Shown: piece by piece, positions 44,766 to 58,959 of the stretch
Position numbering within the stretch: the first letter of the stretch is position 1
Layout: each line of letters begins with the position of its first letter
From: an uncultured Iamiaceae bacterium
Lineage (GTDB): Bacteria; Actinomycetota; Acidimicrobiia; Acidimicrobiales; Acidimicrobilacustridaceae
DNA length: 64,000 bases
NCBI GenBank assembly: GCA_963715425.1
Contig: CAVQSE010000004.1
Location: 81,242 to 145,241 of the forward strand
Direction of reading: 5' to 3'
Notes under the pieces: model-generated
Databases searched by the model: none
What the model was told of the DNA's origin: nothing
What the model saw: the letters and a program-made list of their open reading frames with translations, nothing else
Made by a program: the position numbers and the translations under genes

Positions 44766-44868
44766 TCCCCGGCGGTCCGCCGCCCGGTCGCCGCCCGGCG
44801 ATCAGGACCGGCGCCGCCTCGATCAGATCCGTCAACCTTCCACCCGCCATCGTCAAGGGAGACCCTCA

Positions 44869-45426
44869 GTGGTCGCTTTCTCCACGATCCTCCTCGCTGC
44901 CACCGAAGCCGGTGAAGCAGTGGCGGAGACCAAGAACCCGATCCTGCCCGAGGTCAGCGAGATGCTGTGGGCCGGCGTGTTCTTCCTGGTGTTGTGGGCA
45001 CTCATGAAGTTCGTGCTGCTCCCCCCGGTCATGAAGGTCATGAACGACCGGGACGACAAGGTCCGTGAGGACCATCAGGCCGCCGAGCACGCCGAGATGC
45101 AGCGCGTCACGAAGCTCGAGGCGTACGAGTCGGAGATGATGGGCGCCCGGGCCGAGTCGGTGGCGATCATCGAGGCCGGTCGGGCCGAGGGCGAGGCACG
45201 ACGGCGAGAGGCCGTGACCGCCGCCGAGTCCGAGGTGGCCGCCCAGCGTGCCGCGGCCGCCGAGGAGATCGCCGCAGCCAAGGAGCGGGCGCGCGGAGAG
45301 CTCACCGGCAGCATCGCCGACATCGCCGTCGGCGCCGCGGAGGTCGTCGTGCAGAAGCCGATCGACCGGGCCGCCCAGGTCCAGGTCGTCGAGGACTACG
45401 TCAACCGCACCGGCTCGCAGAACTAG
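44869..45426 (+). CDS. atpF: ATP synthase F0 subunit b/b' (copy 1)
   Basis: NPILP, TM helix, Ala/Glu coiled coil. Confidence 0.85.
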   Translation: MVAFSTILLAATEAGEAVAETKNPILPEVSEMLWAGVFFLVLWALMKFVLLPPVMKVMNDRDDKVREDHQAAEHAEMQRVTKLEAYESEMMGARAESVAIIEAGRAEGEARRREAVTAAESEVAAQRAAAAEEIAAAKERARGELTGSIADIAVGAAEVVVQKPIDRAAQVQVVEDYVNRTGSQN

Positions 45427-45443
45427 CGCCGGATCGACAGGAG

Positions 45444-45986
45444 ATGCACATGTTCACCCAACTGGTCATCGCCGCCGCCGGCGAGCCCAACGGCCAGATC
45501 CTCCCGCACAAGATCGAAGAGGTGTGGTGGGGGACCGCCGCCTTCCTGATCGTGTTCGCCCTCATCGTCTGGAAGGGCGGGCCGGCGATCAAGGGGATGT
45601 GGAACACCCGGATCGATCGCCTGCGCAACGAGCTCGAGACCGCCGCCGAGGCCCGCGCCGAGGCCGAAGCCGAGCTGGCCCGTGTCGAGGCGTCCATCGC
45701 CGATGCCGACAACGAGAAGGCCCGACTGGTGGCCGAGGCCCAACAGACGGCCGAGGCCGTGAAGGCCCAGCTCATCGCACGAGCCGACAGCGACGCCGCC
45801 GAGGTCCGGGCCCGGGGCCTGGCCGACGTCGAGTCCACCAAGACCCAGGCCACCAGCGACCTGCAGGCCGAGATCGGCGTGCTGGCCATGGGCGCGGCCG
45901 AGGCGGTCGTGGCGAACACCCTCGACGAGGCCACCCAGGCCGAGCTCATCGACAGCTACATCACCACGGTCGGATCCCGCACATGA
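45444..45986 (+). CDS. atpF: ATP synthase F0 subunit b (copy 2)
   Basis: TM helix, coiled coil, LIDSYI C-terminus. Confidence 0.88.
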   Translation: MHMFTQLVIAAAGEPNGQILPHKIEEVWWGTAAFLIVFALIVWKGGPAIKGMWNTRIDRLRNELETAAEARAEAEAELARVEASIADADNEKARLVAEAQQTAEAVKAQLIARADSDAAEVRARGLADVESTKTQATSDLQAEIGVLAMGAAEAVVANTLDEATQAELIDSYITTVGSRT

Positions 45987-46508
45987 GCAACCGCATCGAG
46001 TTCTACGCCGATGCCTTCCTCGACGTCCTGCACGCCGAGGGCGGTGCCAACGAGGTGGTCGACGAGCTGTTCCGCTTCGCTCGGGTCATCCAGGGCTCCG
46101 ACGAGCTCCGAGACGCCCTCTCCGACCCTCACCTGCCCGTCGAACGCCGCCAGCAGATCGTCGAGGACGTGCTCGAGGGCAAGGCCACCTCGACGACCAT
46201 CGGGCTCGTCTCGCTGGTCGTGGCCACCCGTCGGGTGCACGAGCTCTCCGAGATCGTCGACGCGCCTGCTCGAGAAGACCTCCACCGAGGGCAGTCGGGT
46301 CATCGCCCAGGTCCGCTCGGCGGTCCCGCTGACCGACGACCAGAAGACCCGCCTGGCCGAGGCCCTCAAGGCCAACACCGGCAAGGACGTCGACCTCGTG
46401 GTCGTCGTCGACCCCGAGGTGCTCGGCGGCCTCGTCACACAGATCGGCGACACCGTCATCGACGGCTCGGTGCGCCAACGCCTGTCCCAGCTCCGCGAGT
46501 CGTTCTGA
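45983..46508 (+). CDS. atpH: ATP synthase F1 subunit delta (frameshift near 46262)
   Basis: [14 protein letters not shown]; [20 protein letters not shown] in second frame. Confidence 0.88.
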
Positions 46509-46530
46509 ACCGCTTCGAAGGAAGACGTCC

Positions 46531-48174
<1,644 letters not shown>

Positions 48175-48177
48175 TTC

Positions 48178-50617
<2,440 letters not shown>

Positions 50618-50618
<1 letters not shown>

Positions 50619-51013
50619 TGGCGATGCACGTCGAGCTCGTGTCGCCCGAGCGCACGTTGTTCGAGGGCGAGGCCACCATGGTGCGGGCGCGCACCGTGGG
50701 TGGGGGCGACATCGCGTTCCTCCCCGGGCACTCGCCGTTCGTCGGGGCGCTGGAGACCTGGACGCTCGAGATCGCCCTGGTCGACGGCAGCACCGAACTG
50801 GCCGCCGTGCACGGCGGCTTCGTCGAGGTCAGCAACGACAAGGTGAAGATCTTGTCGAACCTGGCCGAGATGGCGTCGAGCATCGACGCCGATCGTGCCC
50901 GGCGGGCCAAGGAGGCGGCCGAGGCCGCGCTGGCCAAGGGCGACGACGTGGAGGCCGAGGCCGAGCTGCGTCGGTCTCACGCCCGGCTCGTCGCCACCGG
51001 CCACTCCGTCTGA
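50618..51013 (+). CDS. atpC: ATP synthase F1 subunit epsilon
   Basis: LVSPE, LPGH.P, GGFVEV. Confidence 0.94.
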
Positions 51014-51059
51014 GGCCCCCGAGGCCCGGATCACGGCCCGGCCTGAGCGTGGGGCGGGG

Positions 51060-51836
51060 TCAGTCCATCGTCGACGCGGCGAGGGCGATGGTGGCCTCGA
51101 CGAAGCGAGCGAAGTCGCCCGGATGGGTGCGGTTGGCGAAGTGCCCCGCTCCCTCGATGCAGAACAAGGCGGCGTTCGGGGCATCGGCGGCGAGGTCGTG
51201 GGCTCCTCGCACGTGCTCGGTCGCGGTCTGCGATCCGTACCCCACGAGGAGGGGTACCTCGACGTCGACCGCGGCGAACGGGGTGCCGGCCATGGCGGCC
51301 ATGTCCGTGCAGAAGGCCCGCCCCTCGGCCCGGCGCAGCTCCTGCTTCGCGGGATCCAGGGCCTCCCACGCAGCGTCGCCGAGCATCCGACGGTTGAAGT
51401 CCTCGGCCGCTCGTGCGGGATCGGGAGCGGCGGCCACCTCGGCGTCGTAGTCCTTCGTGCTCTGGGGCCACCAGGGGAGCCACACCATCGGGGGCTCCCA
51501 CACACCGAGGGAGGCGAACGCGTCGGGGCGGTTGACGGCGGCGAGCATGCTCGGGTTCGACCCGAAGCTGTGGGCGACCACCACGCAGGGACGTCCGAGG
51601 TGCTCGATCAGGGCCAGGAGGTCATCGGCGTGGTCGGCGAGCGACGCCGCCGGGGCAGCCCCGAGGGAGCGCCCGTACCCGCGGCGGTCGTAGCGCACGA
51701 CGCGGAGCTGCTCGCGGTCGACCTCGGCCATCACGAGGTTGAACGCCGCCGAGCGGTCGGGGGACCCGTGGACGAGCACGACCGTGGGAGCGGAGGCGGG
51801 GCCTTCGGCGGTGAAGGGCAGAAGGGGTCCTGGCAC
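51060..51836 (-). CDS. Alpha/beta hydrolase
   Basis: LVHGS, YDRRGYGRS, AHSFG nucleophile, GAGH. Confidence 0.87.
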   Translation of the reverse strand: MPGPLLPFTAEGPASAPTVVLVHGSPDRSAAFNLVMAEVDREQLRVVRYDRRGYGRSLGAAPAASLADHADDLLALIEHLGRPCVVVAHSFGSNPSMLAAVNRPDAFASLGVWEPPMVWLPWWPQSTKDYDAEVAAAPDPARAAEDFNRRMLGDAAWEALDPAKQELRRAEGRAFCTDMAAMAGTPFAAVDVEVPLLVGYGSQTATEHVRGAHDLAADAPNAALFCIEGAGHFANRTHPGDFARFVEATIALAASTMD

Positions 51837-51899
51837 CGTTGCAGCCTGGCATGCTCGCACTGCGTGCCCCAACAGCGGCCGCTGGTATGCGCCCACGCG

Positions 51900-52718
51900 C
51901 TAGTCGTCGATGCGGATGCTCTCGATGCCGTCGACGGGCTCCGGATAGCGCATGTCGAGGTTCTCGAGGGTGTCGATCAGCAGTTGCGACACGACGAGGT
52001 TCCGGTACCACTTGCGATCGGCCGGGATCACGAACCAGGGCGCGTCGGTGCTCGACGTCGAGGTGAGCGCGTCCTCGTAGGCCGCGGTGTACGCCGCCCA
52101 GTGGGCGCGCTCCTCGATGTCACCGTGCTCGAACTTCCAGTGCTTGGACGGGTTGTCGAGGCGCTCCTGGAGGCGCCTCTTCTGCTCGTCCCTGGAGATG
52201 TGGAGGAAGAGCTTCACGATGACGGTGCCCTCGTCGGCCAGCATCTGCTCGAAGTTGCGGATGTGCTGGTAGCGGGGCCGCCACACCTGCTCGCCGACGA
52301 GCTCGTGGACGCGCACGATGAGCACGTCCTCGTAGTGGCTGCGATTGAAGATGCTGATGTTCCCGGAGCGGGGCGTGTGCTGGTGCACACGCCAGAGGAA
52401 GTCGTGGGCCAGCTCGACGTCGTTGGGTCGTGTGAAGTTGGTGACGCGGACCCCGAGGGGGTTGATGGTGCGAAAGACGTGCTTGATCGTGCCGTCCTTG
52501 CCCGCGGTGTCCATCCCCTGGAGCACGACCAGGACCTTGTGCCGGCCGTCGGCGTAGAGCATCTGCTGGAGATCGGCGAGGTGCTCGTTCAGCTCGGGGA
52601 GGGCGGCCCTGGCCGCCTTCTTGCCTCCTCTCCAACCGTCGGTCGTCCGTGTGGGCCAGTCCGCCAGGTGCACGCTCGTGCCCGGGAGCACCCTGTACTG
52701 CGTGGGATCGATCGCCAT
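51900..52718 (-). CDS. ppk2: Polyphosphate kinase 2 family (class III-like)
   Basis: QGMDTAGKDG, HDFLWR, FNRSHYEDVL, PADRKWYRN. Confidence 0.92.
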   Translation of the reverse strand: MAIDPTQYRVLPGTSVHLADWPTRTTDGWRGGKKAARAALPELNEHLADLQQMLYADGRHKVLVVLQGMDTAGKDGTIKHVFRTINPLGVRVTNFTRPNDVELAHDFLWRVHQHTPRSGNISIFNRSHYEDVLIVRVHELVGEQVWRPRYQHIRNFEQMLADEGTVIVKLFLHISRDEQKRRLQERLDNPSKHWKFEHGDIEERAHWAAYTAAYEDALTSTSSTDAPWFVIPADRKWYRNLVVSQLLIDTLENLDMRYPEPVDGIESIRIDD

Positions 52719-52758
52719 GGCGTCCAGTCTCGTCCGACGGGGCAGTAGCGTGCCGGGC

Positions 52759-53632
52759 GTGCCGCGTGTCCGACTGGGGGTCGCCCTCCTGGTCCCCGCG
52801 CCGTGGTGCCACGAGATCGACGGGCTGCGGCGGGGGACCGGTGAGACCCATCTCGATCGGGTGCCTCCGCACATCACCCTGGTGCCGCCCGTGAACGTCC
52901 CCGTCGGCGAGGTGCCGGCGGCGTTGGCTCGGCTGCGAGACGCCGCGTCGGGTGTCGCCCCGTTCGGGCTCCGGCTCGGGCCCCCCACCTCCTTCGCGCC
53001 TGTCACCCCGACGTTGCACCTCGACGTCGGGGACGATCCTGCCCGGCCCGGAGGCTCGGTGGTCCTACGACGGTTGCGCGATGCCGTGTTCGTGACGCCG
53101 CTGCGGCGGCCGCTCACCTTCGACTTCGCCCCTCACGTGACGGTGCGCGATGAGCTCGCCCCCCGCCTCGTGGAGATGGGCATCGAGGCGTTGTCCGGCT
53201 ACGAGGTGGATGTCACCTTCGATCGTGTCCATCTGCTGGAGGAGCAGCGCCACGGCGACGCTCGGCGGCGGTGGGTCCCCGTGGCCGACGTGGCGTTCGG
53301 GCCGCGTCGTGTGGTCGGTCGAGGTGGGCTCGAGCTCGAGTTGACCATCTCGACGATCCTGGACCCCGAGGCCACCGCGTTCGAAGGGGCCGAGCACGCA
53401 GAGCCCTCGTCGCCCGTGCACGACCGACGTGGTGGTGCGCCGCCGCTGGTCGTCACCGCCCGTCAGCGTGGTCGGGTGGTGGGGGTGGCGCGTGGCGTGG
53501 TCGGTCCCGACGGTGGTGTCGTGCGTTCGGTGGTCGTGGGCGCGCGCGGACCGCGGCCTGGGGGTCACCCGCCACCTGCTGGCCGCCTTCCACCACGCCG
53601 CGGGCACGGGCGGGGACCAGGGGGGTGGCTGA
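52759..53632 (+). CDS. 2H phosphoesterase (2'-5' RNA ligase family) with C-terminal GNAT-like domain (frameshift near 53540)
   Basis: PHITL and PHVTV motifs; RGLGV.RHLL GNAT motif A in shifted frame. Confidence 0.72.
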
Positions 53633-53669
53633 CCGGCCCTGGCCGGCCGTCGCCCAGGGCGGGCGCGCC

Positions 53670-54467
53670 TCAGCTCGGCGGGCGTCGGCGTTCGCGGAGT
53701 CGGCGCCCGATCATGGAGCCCACCACCCGAGCGGCCCGGTCGACGGTGTCACCGGTGCCCGACGTGGCGGTCGTCGCGGCCCCGGCGGGGGCAGGTGTCG
53801 GCGACGGCGACGGCGGCCCGACGGGACCCGGGGCGGGATCCGGCTCGGGGATGGCGGGACCGGGATCGGGTTCGGGGATGGCAGGGGGCGGCTCGGGCGT
53901 CGGGACCGGCGGCGTCACGGTGTCGGTCGCCGGCGTGCGGTCGACCGATCCGGCGCTCATGGACGCCTTGGCCGTTCCCACGGCCCGACCGGCGACCCGC
54001 GCGGCACTCGCCGTCGAGCTTCCTGCGGCGCGGTCGGTGCCCCGGTCGGGTGGGTCGACGGGCTGACTCGACGTCGCGTCCGACGGCGGCGCGCCCTTGG
54101 CCGCCTTGACGGCACGGCCGACCACGGCACCCGCTGCACGGCCCTTGGCCTCGAGGTCACCGGGTCGGGCGGTCGAGCCCTCCGACAGTCCGGTCTGGAA
54201 CTTCCGCGAGGTGGTGACGCCGGCCCCGAGGAGTCGGAACGAGAGCAACAGGACGATCACGCCGACCAGGACCGGACGCAGCCACCCGATCGCCGTGTCG
54301 GGCGGGCCGGAGACCAACACCACGACGGCGACCACCAGAGCGGTGATGACGGCCGACGGCACGGCCACGATCCAGAAGAGCCGGTCCTTCCAGACGGGTT
54401 GGTGGTAGTGGCGCAGGACGCCCCGTCGCCTCTGCGTGCGGCGTCGGGGCTCGGGGGAGCGGGCCAT
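53670..54467 (-). CDS. Hypothetical membrane protein with Pro-rich tail
   Basis: Two TM helices; repeated AAxxxGxxVG helices; PEPDP repeats. Confidence 0.6.
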   Translation of the reverse strand: MARSPEPRRRTQRRRGVLRHYHQPVWKDRLFWIVAVPSAVITALVVAVVVLVSGPPDTAIGWLRPVLVGVIVLLLSFRLLGAGVTTSRKFQTGLSEGSTARPGDLEAKGRAAGAVVGRAVKAAKGAPPSDATSSQPVDPPDRGTDRAAGSSTASAARVAGRAVGTAKASMSAGSVDRTPATDTVTPPVPTPEPPPAIPEPDPGPAIPEPDPAPGPVGPPSPSPTPAPAGAATTATSGTGDTVDRAARVVGSMIGRRLRERRRPPS

Positions 54468-54586
54468 CACGGCACCGTACCCGGGCCCACCATCGAACAG
54501 AACGGGCCGGACGCGCCACCGGCGCCGTCCCGAGAGGGCGACGCCGGTGGGGGTGGGTACGGATCGGCGCCACGGGCGCCTGTTGC

Positions 54587-55828
54587 TCAGTCCAGGTCGA
54601 GGCCGAGCATGGTGATGGCGTTGCCCCGGGCGATCTTGTAGACGTCCTCGTCGGGCAGGTCGCGCACCATGTCGGTGAAGACCTCCTTGGTGTCGGGCCA
54701 GGTGGAGTCCGAGTGCGGGTAGTCGGTCTCGAAGGTGACGTTGTCGACGCCGACGTCGTGCAGGTTCTTGAGACCGAAGTTGTCGCGGAAGAAGCAGGCG
54801 TACACCTGGCGGTGGAAGTAGAACGACGGCGGCTCCGGCACGGCCTCCTTGTCGAAGGCCCAGCCCCGGAACTCGCGCCACACGCTGTCGGCACGCTCCA
54901 TGGCGTAGGGGATCCAGCCCATCTGGCCCTCGGAGTAGGCCAGCTTCAGCGTGGGGTGGCGCACCAGGATGCCGCTGTAGAGCCAGTCGGCCAGCGAGCC
55001 CATGGCGTGGTTGAAGCTGAGCGTGGCCTGCACGCCGGCCGGGGCGTCGGGCGAGGTGGCGGGCATCCGCGACGACGAGCCGATGTGCATGTTGATCACG
55101 GTGTTGGTCTCGGCGCAGGCCTGGAACAGCGGATCCCAGTGGCCGCTGTGGATGCTGGGCAGATCGAGGAAGGGGGGGATCTCGCTGAAGGTGACGGCCC
55201 GCACGCCGCGGTCGGCGTTGCGGCGCACCTCGGCGGCGGCCAGCTCGGGGTCCCACAGCGGCACGATGGTCAGTGGGATGAGGCGGCCGGCCCCGGCTCC
55301 GGCGCACCACTCCTCGACCATCCAGTCGTTGTAGGCCTCGACGCACAGCTTGGCGAGGTCGCGATCCTTGGCCTCGAGGAAGGTCTGGCCACAGAACCGG
55401 GGGAACGTGGGGAAGCACAGCGACGCCTCGGTGTGGTTGACGTCCATGTCCTCGAGGCGAGCGGTCTGGTCCCAGCAGCCCTTGCGCATCTCTTCGTAGG
55501 TGACGGGGAGGAGGGTGCGCTCCTCGGGCGGGTAGCCCACCGCGGCGATGATGCGACGCATCGGGACCTTGAGGTCCTCGTAGCACCAGAAGTCGGCGAA
55601 CTTCCCCTCGTCGGAGTCGTTGTCGACGATGTCGAAGCTGTACTGCATGCCGTTGAACTGGAGGTTGGCCACCCGCAGGCGCTCGACGCGGGGGCCGATC
55701 GCCTTGTACTTCTCCGGCAAACGGTCCTGCCAGACGTTGGGCGGTTCGATGATGTGGTCGTCGACGCTCACGAACCGTGGGATGGTGCGGGTCGTCGTGT
55801 CGGCGGACTCCGGGGCGGTCAGCGTCAT
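54587..55828 (-). CDS. Amidohydrolase family protein (Amidohydro_2-like)
   Basis: SVDDHIIEP, AYNDW, MHIGS, FETDYPHSDSTWP. Confidence 0.9.
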   Translation of the reverse strand: MTLTAPESADTTTRTIPRFVSVDDHIIEPPNVWQDRLPEKYKAIGPRVERLRVANLQFNGMQYSFDIVDNDSDEGKFADFWCYEDLKVPMRRIIAAVGYPPEERTLLPVTYEEMRKGCWDQTARLEDMDVNHTEASLCFPTFPRFCGQTFLEAKDRDLAKLCVEAYNDWMVEEWCAGAGAGRLIPLTIVPLWDPELAAAEVRRNADRGVRAVTFSEIPPFLDLPSIHSGHWDPLFQACAETNTVINMHIGSSSRMPATSPDAPAGVQATLSFNHAMGSLADWLYSGILVRHPTLKLAYSEGQMGWIPYAMERADSVWREFRGWAFDKEAVPEPPSFYFHRQVYACFFRDNFGLKNLHDVGVDNVTFETDYPHSDSTWPDTKEVFTDMVRDLPDEDVYKIARGNAITMLGLDLD

Positions 55829-55918
55829 CGGGTCTCCTCGAGGCGGTGGGCGGCGCGGTGGCGGCCGACCCGGCGGGTCCGGGGGGCAAGGCTCCCGGTC
55901 CGACGAGTGTAGGGGAGA

Positions 55919-56000
55919 ACCTGACGACCCGTCAGGTCGTGGCGCATGGCACACCGGATCACCTGGTCCGGGAGTCCTCCCGGAACTGACGGCCCGTCAG
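55919..56000. promoter_or_regulatory. Two palindromic operators CTGACG-N3-CGTCAG in divergent promoter
   Basis: 55921-55935 CTGACGACCCGTCAG and 55986-56000 CTGACGGCCCGTCAG; -10-like TACACT (minus) and TACGAT (plus) flank them. Confidence 0.7.
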
Positions 56001-56064
56001 ATGGTGCCCTACGATCCGCTCGGCGCTCCGGTCGGGGCGCACCAGTTCGCACCTCGGAGCCGTC

Positions 56065-57261
56065 ATGGACCTGAACTTCAGCGAGGCCGAGGAAGCCTTC
56101 CGGGCCGAGGCCCGGTCCTGGCTCGAGGCCAACGTGCCCCACGACCTGCCGTCCGGCGACACCGCCGAGGGGTTCGCCCTGCACCTCGAGTGGGAGAAGA
56201 AGCTCGCCGCCGACCGTTGGTCGGTCGTGTCGTGGCCCGAGGAGTACGGCGGTCGGGGTGCGTCGGTGTGGGAGTGGCTGATCTTCGAAGAGGAGTACTA
56301 CCGGGTCGGCGCTCCGCAGCGGGTCACCCAGAACGGCATCTTCCTGCTCGCCCCCACGATCTTCGAGTTCGGCACCGACGAGCAGAAGGCGCGGTTCCTG
56401 CCCGCCATGGCCAACGCCGACGACCTGTGGTGCCAGGGCTGGAGCGAGCCCGACGCCGGCTCCGATCTGGCCGGCATCAAGAGCAAGGCGGTGCGCGACG
56501 ACGTCGGCGGCGGCTGGCGCATCACCGGCCAGAAGACCTGGACCACACGCGGTGCCTTCTGCAACTGGCTCTTCGGGCTGTTCCGCACCGACCCGGAGGC
56601 CGAGCGCCACAAGGGCATGACCTACCTGATGGTGCCGCTCGACGCCGAGGGCGTCACGGTGCGCGGCGTCGGCCGCCTCGATGGCGACGAAGGATTCGCC
56701 GAGGTGTTCTTCGACGACGTGTTCGTCGGTGACGACCTCGTGCTCGGCGAGGTCAACCAGGGCTGGGGCGTGGCCATGGCCACCACGTCGTCGGAGCGGG
56801 GCCTCACGCTGCGCTCACCGGGTCGCTTCTGCGCCGCAGCCGACCGTCTCGTCGACCTCTACCGGCGGCGCTCGGCGCTGGCCGCCACCGGCGACCTGGC
56901 TGCCGTGGCCGCCGCCGATCCGCATCTGCGCGACGAGGTCACCCAGTCGTGGATGGAGGCCGAGGCCTATCGCCTGGCCACGCTGGCTGACGTCACCGGC
57001 ATCGTCGAGGGTCGTTCCCAGGGGGCCCGGTCGAGCCTCACCAAGATCTTCTGGTCCGAGCTCGACGTGCGACTGCACACCACGGCGCTGCGCCTCCTCG
57101 GCCCCAGCGCCGAGCTGGTCGACGGCTCCCCCGGCTCCGTCGACGGCGGAGCGTGGATGAAGGGCTTCGAGTTCTCGCTCTCGGGGCCCATCTACGCCGG
57201 CACCAACGAGATCCAACGCAACGTCGTCGCCGAGCGCGTCCTCGGCCTGCCCCGGAAGTAG
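56065..57261 (+). CDS. Acyl-CoA dehydrogenase, FadE31-like
   Basis: FEEEY.R.GAP, LAPT.F, WSEPDAGSD, ERGLTLRSPGRF, IYAGTNEIQRN. Confidence 0.9.
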   Translation: MDLNFSEAEEAFRAEARSWLEANVPHDLPSGDTAEGFALHLEWEKKLAADRWSVVSWPEEYGGRGASVWEWLIFEEEYYRVGAPQRVTQNGIFLLAPTIFEFGTDEQKARFLPAMANADDLWCQGWSEPDAGSDLAGIKSKAVRDDVGGGWRITGQKTWTTRGAFCNWLFGLFRTDPEAERHKGMTYLMVPLDAEGVTVRGVGRLDGDEGFAEVFFDDVFVGDDLVLGEVNQGWGVAMATTSSERGLTLRSPGRFCAAADRLVDLYRRRSALAATGDLAAVAAADPHLRDEVTQSWMEAEAYRLATLADVTGIVEGRSQGARSSLTKIFWSELDVRLHTTALRLLGPSAELVDGSPGSVDGGAWMKGFEFSLSGPIYAGTNEIQRNVVAERVLGLPRK

Positions 57262-57267
57262 GCCATC

Positions 57268-58287
57268 GTGCGCTTCGCCTTCACCGACGACCAGATCCTG
57301 TTCCGCGACACCGTCGCCGACCTGCTCGCCAAGGAGTGCCCGCCCGACGCGGTGCGCCGGGCCTGGGACGACGAGACCGGTCGGAACCCCGAGCTGTGGT
57401 CGACCCTCGCGGAGATGGGCGTGGTCGGGTTGACCGTTCCCGAGTCCTCGGGTGGCTTCGGCCTGTCCGAGCTCGACCTCTTGCCCATCCTCACCGAGGC
57501 CGGACGCGCCGCCTTCCCCGGACCGCTCCTCGAGACCACCGCCGTGGCCGCACCGCTGCTGGCCGAGTCCGCGCCGCCGGCGATGGCCGAGCGCTGGTTG
57601 CCGGCCGTCGCGCAGGGCTCGGCCATCGTCACGGTGCAGTTGGCCGGCCAGCCCTTCGTCACCGACGCCCACGTCGCCGACCTGCTGCTCGCCCAACGCG
57701 CCGACCGCATCGTGGCCGTTGCGGCCGACCGCCTTCGCCTCACCCCGGAGACCTCGGTCGACGGCGCCCGGCGGCTCTTCACCGTCGAGTGGGACGTGGC
57801 CGACGAGGAGCTCGTCGTCGACGGCGAGCCCGGGTGGCAGGCCGCCAACCGGGCCTTCGACCGCGGCGCGCTCGCCGCGTCCGCCCTGCTGCTCGGGCTG
57901 GCCGAGCACCTGCTCGCCGTCACCGTCGAGTACGTGACCTCGCGGCGCCAGTTCGGCGTGCCGATCGGCACCTTCCAGGCGGTCAAGCACCACCTGGCCG
58001 ACGCCGAGCTCAAGCTCTCGTTCGCCCGCCCCGTCACCGCCAACGCGGCGTACTCGATGGCCGAGGGCCTCGACACCTCGGCCCGCGACGTGTCGATGGC
58101 CAAGTGCATGGCCTCGGAGGCCGCGGTGTTCGTGGCCGCCCAGGCCCTCCAGTGCCACGGAGCCATCGCCTACACCGTCGAGTACGACGTGCACATGTGG
58201 CTCAAGCGGGTGTGGGCGCTGGCGGCGGCCTGGGGTGACGCCGACTGGCACCGTCAGCGCGTCGGCCGCCTCGTCATCGGCGACTGA
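57268..58287 (+). CDS. Acyl-CoA dehydrogenase short partner subunit, FadE32-like
   Basis: RRQFGVPIGTFQAVKHHLAD, QCHGAIAYT.EYD; adjacent to partner gene. Confidence 0.88.
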   Translation: MRFAFTDDQILFRDTVADLLAKECPPDAVRRAWDDETGRNPELWSTLAEMGVVGLTVPESSGGFGLSELDLLPILTEAGRAAFPGPLLETTAVAAPLLAESAPPAMAERWLPAVAQGSAIVTVQLAGQPFVTDAHVADLLLAQRADRIVAVAADRLRLTPETSVDGARRLFTVEWDVADEELVVDGEPGWQAANRAFDRGALAASALLLGLAEHLLAVTVEYVTSRRQFGVPIGTFQAVKHHLADAELKLSFARPVTANAAYSMAEGLDTSARDVSMAKCMASEAAVFVAAQALQCHGAIAYTVEYDVHMWLKRVWALAAAWGDADWHRQRVGRLVIGD

Positions 58288-58301
58288 GTCGGGGGCCCGG
58301 C

Positions 58302-58833
58302 GTGTGCCAGTTCCGGGGGCCGAGGCCGGCCGACCTCGACGACATCGCCGGGATCTCATCCGCGCCCTCGCCGAGTCCGGGGAGATGGCACGACGACGTG
58401 GTGTTCGGCCTCGACGACGCCGACCAGGCTGCGACCACAACGTGGACGGGTCGACCCGGACGAGCAGGAGGTCCGCACCGTCTGGGTGAGGGCGCTGGAC
58501 GAGCCACCAGGGAGCGACGACCGGCGGCCGTGCCGATGGGCGCAGGCCGATCAGCGTGGACTCGGCCATGGCGAGGGCCACACGGTCGCCGGCAGCCGAA
58601 TGCGAACTCGGCCGTGCCGGGCATCTGGCTCGAGGACCTGTTGCGTGTTGAGCCCGGCGAGCACCGCGGGAGGGGCCACGGCCTGCCCACCGGCAGCACC
58701 TTCGCACCCTCACCGAGGGCCGCGTGGAGTGGTCGGTGCTCGACTGGCACGCCCCGTCCATCGCCTTCTACGAGCGCCTCGGCGCCCAGCCGGTCGCGGT
58801 GGGACCACCTACCGCTGGCTGCTCGACAGCTGA
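58302..58833 (+). pseudogene. GNAT (diamine/SSAT-like) acetyltransferase, heavily disrupted or mis-sequenced
   Basis: Fragments ADLDDIA, IRALAE, GIWLEDL, PGEHRGRGHG, EWSVLDW..PSIAFYERLGA in changing frames. Confidence 0.6.
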
Positions 58834-58959
58834 GCCCCGCTCGTGGCGCTCGTCCGCCCGAGCGCGAAGGGGTGGTGCGCTCGCATCGCCGGTGACGCCG
58901 ACCCCCGCGACAGCAGCATCGCCGCAGCGCCCACCACCGGCGGATGCCCGGAGGCGCCG

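Noticed and set aside
53830-53900. Repeats GGCTCGGGGATGGC / GGTTCGGGGATGGC
   Set aside because: Coding Pro-rich PAIPEPDP repeats of the membrane protein
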